From a virus (Duplodnaviria > Caudoviricetes), in the IMG/VR virus record IMGVR_UViG_3300020460_000012: a DNA stretch of 64,000 bases. One strand, written 5' to 3'. The notes beneath the pieces were generated by a model, which worked only from the letters and a program-made list of their open reading frames with translations, did not search any database and was not told the origin of the DNA. Within the stretch, counting starts at the first letter, position 1. The number at the start of each line of letters is the position of its first letter. Shown here piece after piece: positions 61,192 to 64,000 of the stretch. A program made the position numbers and the translations under genes.

Positions 61192-64000
61192 GCTTGAGCT
61201 TCACCCCATTTAATAATAATATTCGAATTAATATCTGAGCCAGTCACTTTATACACATTAATAGCTAAAACGTCAGGTCCATTAGGAAATGTTCCTCTGC
61301 CACCTAATGGCGTATTTGTTAACTCTTTCAACTGAGCAAGATCTAGTGTAGATCTCTCTCCAGGCACAGCAATAAATGAGAACACAGTTTCTCCAGGCTG
61401 AGCAAACGGTGGTTGTTCAAATGTTGCTTCAATTGTTCCTGATCCTAGTGCAAGTGTTCCAGTGAATGCGTTATTAAATGATATTTCATAAAAAGTATAA
61501 CTTGCCCACGTAGTTGATGTAATATTACTTACATAAGTGTTAGCAGGGAACGTACCTCCACCGCTTATTCCTGTAATAGCAGTACCAACTACTGTACCCG
61601 CACTATCTACACTTGCTGTAGTTAAGTAAGCATAGTTTTTATTAACAAGTGCCGCGTTGTAAGCAATAGTATAGTGATCAATTGATCCTCCTGGTATACT
61701 ACCTGTTGTATTTTTAGAAAGTCTAAAGTATCCCCAGTTATTACTGGATGGAATATATCCATCTACAATAGTTGTATTAGCTGGTATATGTGTACCTGTA
61801 ATAGATTTACCTAGTACAAAATTTATATCATTACTACCAAATACCGCTCTATAGTCTGATCCACTAACCTCTACATATCTACTACCAGGCCAGTTAGAAT
61901 ATGTACCGCTGTTTACTTGTGCAGTAAGAGCAGCCACAGATGTCATATTAGCAGTTGTAGCTGATTCACCTGTTGTCCAAGTAACACCACCACCTGATGC
62001 TATCTGAGCAAAACTAGGTTGTCCACCTTGTGCAACTCCACTCAATCCTGACCAATTTACATCTGAGGGGTTAAGTGGATAATTTTGAGGATTAAGCACA
62101 CCTTCAACAACAATACCACCGCTTCCTGATTCTGATGTAACTTCAAGACCCATCAGCAATAGCTGAGCACGATTAAGTAGTTCTCTTTCTCCTAAATCAC
62201 CTGTAATAGCATTAGAAACACTAGGTGCTAAACGCATCATAAATGCAGTCTGTTTTGTAGTACTAACAGCAATACCAGTTTCAGCATAACTAAAAATATA
62301 TCCACGATCTTCATCAAATCCACCGTCTGTTAGGAACGCACTACCCCAATGACTAATTAATGGAGTAATTGTTTGTGATATAATTATTACACCGGTCCTT
62401 GCATCGTGTGTAGTAGCAGGACCTCCTGTATAACTACGTTCTGCTCCTGCTTGGAATGTAAGTAAGCTAGCATTTCTAGTAACTCCAGTCAATGTATTTG
62501 TTGCCTTATTATTAGCTGTGTATGTCATTACTTCGTTATCAATATACACTGTGGCTTGATATGGAAAGAAGCTACTATCTTCTAGTTCGATAGTTGTTTG
62601 ATTGTTTGTCATTGCTGTCTTAAGTTTACCTGGAGGACCTTCGTTTGTTACTTCGTACCTAACAGGCAAGTTACCTGAACGCATAAATGCTTCTGTGTTT
62701 ACGTTTGAATTACGCATTCTATGTGCAAAAACAAAGTTACCGTCTGCACCTCTAACCATCCAATCAATAAATCCAGCACCATACCAAGTATATTGTATTC
62801 CAATCATTTGCATTTTAGCTATATCCATATGATAGCCACTTGGTCCTGTGCCGTCTAATTTATCTAAATTAAACTCACTTTGTTTTGCTTTTTTATCTCT
62901 TACTAGTGCTACTTTAGCTCCTGTAATATCAATTACGCCGCGCCAGTCTGGTGTTATTGTGCAACTAGTATCGTTGGTAACATTTGTAACTACATGTGTC
63001 ATACCTTTAATAATAATTCTATCGCCAGCTGTTAATTGATCTCTAAATCTTGTATTTGTACCTGTTACTAGGTTTGAATCTTGGCTAAGTGCTATTGTTC
63101 CGGCAATCTGTTTTGTACCAGTACGCTGTACTGCACTAATTTGTGTACCATCAAATTCCCATAAAATTCCGTTTTGGTCATCAAATATTCCTGAACGCAC
63201 AGTTGCACCGTGCCAACTTACAACACTCATTTGTGCTCCAAAGCCTAATACTGCTGTTGTAGCACCCAGCCTTCTTTTCGATCTAACTTTAAAAGTTCTT
63301 TCGTCTACAACAGATACAACAGTGTAATCAAATTCTTCACCAACTGCTGTGTCAGGTCCACTGTTATAACCTTCTGTTTCAATACCTAATAAACGTATTA
63401 CGCCGCCTACTTGTACCCCATGATCATTGTCATCAGTGACCACTGTAATTAAACTATCAACTTCAATATCCTCAGCTACTACACTTTGTAGATCATAGCT
63501 TGGTGCAAACAATGCACCTGTGGTATACATAATACCTTTACCTGACTGATATCTAATATATTTTTTACTTTGACGTATTGCTTGAGCACCATGTTGTGGG
63601 CCTCCTGTCCCAAGTTGCACACCTCCATCATACGGTCTATGTACAAAGAAACTGTCTGGTCTTGGGTAAACTATACCACTAACAGGAGAAACTGATACAT
63701 CAATTGCACCTGTAGTACGTGCTTGATATCTTAGTGTATTTGATGTGGGAACTTCTGTTGCAAAGAAAGAACCTCCAGCTAAAGCATGATTGTTTGATCC
63801 ACCATCATCAGATGTGATACTAACAATAAATGTATCTCCAGGCACTAGTCCATGTGCATTAGGAAATGATACATTTAATGTTGCCAAGGCCGCATAACTT
63901 ACTGTTTGATTGACAGCTATAGTTCCTGTTGTAGCTTCTGACATTGTTACCGTAGATATAATATCTATGTTAGTTCCTGGGTTAGCAATAGTATACGTAC
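61188..64000 (-). CDS. Large beta-rich virion protein (tail fibre/baseplate-like), 5' end outside the window
   Basis: G/T/S-rich; the frame stays open from ATG 63944 to the window edge (TYTIANPGTNIDIISTVT). Confidence 0.7.
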   Translation of the reverse strand, partial: TYTIANPGTNIDIISTVTMSEATTGTIAVNQTVSYAALATLNVSFPNAHGLVPGDTFIVSITSDDGGSNNHALAGGSFFATEVPTSNTLRYQARTTGAIDVSVSPVSGIVYPRPDSFFVHRPYDGGVQLGTGGPQHGAQAIRQSKKYIRYQSGKGIMYTTGALFAPSYDLQSVVAEDIEVDSLITVVTDDNDHGVQVGGVIRLLGIETEGYNSGPDTAVGEEFDYTVVSVVDERTFKVRSKRRLGATTAVLGFGAQMSVVSWHGATVRSGIFDDQNGILWEFDGTQISAVQRTGTKQIAGTIALSQDSNLVTGTNTRFRDQLTAGDRIIIKGMTHVVTNVTNDTSCTITPDWRGVIDITGAKVALVRDKKAKQSEFNLDKLDGTGPSGYHMDIAKMQMIGIQYTWYGAGFIDWMVRGADGNFVFAHRMRNSNVNTEAFMRSGNLPVRYEVTNEGPPGKLKTAMTNNQTTIELEDSSFFPYQATVYIDNEVMTYTANNKATNTLTGVTRNASLLTFQAGAERSYTGGPATTHDARTGVIIISQTITPLISHWGSAFLTDGGFDEDRGYIFSYAETGIAVSTTKQTAFMMRLAPSVSNAITGDLGERELLNRAQLLLMGLEVTSESGSGGIVVEGVLNPQNYPLNPSDVNWSGLSGVAQGGQPSFAQIASGGGVTWTTGESATTANMTSVAALTAQVNSGTYSNWPGSRYVEVSGSDYRAVFGSNDINFVLGKSITGTHIPANTTIVDGYIPSSNNWGYFRLSKNTTGSIPGGSIDHYTIAYNAALVNKNYAYLTTASVDSAGTVVGTAITGISGGGTFPANTYVSNITSTTWASYTFYEISFNNAFTGTLALGSGTIEATFEQPPFAQPGETVFSFIAVPGERSTLDLAQLKELTNTPLGGRGTFPNGPDVLAINVYKVTGSDINSNIIIKWGEAQA

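Noticed and set aside
7925-63039. Numerous antisense ORFs in the track (e.g. 8603, 9276, 9491, 23453, 32003, 41060, 44014, 45058, 51453, 57439)
   Set aside because: They are shadows of well-supported genes on the opposite strand, with S/L/F-rich composition and no initiation signals.
1-64000. Stop-codon reassignment, introns or inteins in core genes
   Set aside because: TAG, TGA and TAA all end genes at operon-coupled junctions, and helicase, UvsX, UvsW and terminase are uninterrupted and of normal size.
1-64000. tRNA genes, CRISPR arrays, IS elements, integrase
   Set aside because: No cloverleaf with T-loop consensus, no regularly spaced repeats and no transposase or integrase motifs were seen by eye; tRNAscan-SE and a CRISPR finder would confirm.

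Overview
A 64-kb segment of a large, AT-rich, T4-related myovirus genome, probably a marine jumbo-type phage. An alphaproteobacterial host is weakly suggested by the promoter shape and the KdsA type. It has three zones. (1) 1-5.9 kb: a + strand early region of small genes behind six near-identical TAGGGGTTGACA sigma70 promoters, with nine genes carrying an unusual GAGGGC-N3/4-ATG ribosome-binding motif. (2) 5.9-7.9 kb: a strand-switch zone with palindromes and tiny membrane-protein ORFs. (3) 7.9-64 kb: a mostly - strand core. This holds replication and recombination genes (helicase, primase, miniature DnaE-like protein, clamp-loader subunit, UvsW/X/Y, SSB), morphogenesis genes (terminase, head completion, tail tube/sheath, neck, tail fibre) and many auxiliary sugar genes (KdsA/KdsB, HldE/HldD/GmhB, a 10-kb glycosyl/methyltransferase island, a sulfotransferase, an APS-kinase-like protein). 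The top finding is a three-hairpin element at 4538-4665 whose loops each display GCCCUC, the exact complement of the early-gene GAGGGC motif. It is a candidate phage sRNA that shuts off translation of the early regulon. No tRNA, rRNA, CRISPR array or mobile element was recognised. All family assignments are from motif recognition by eye, not database searches.
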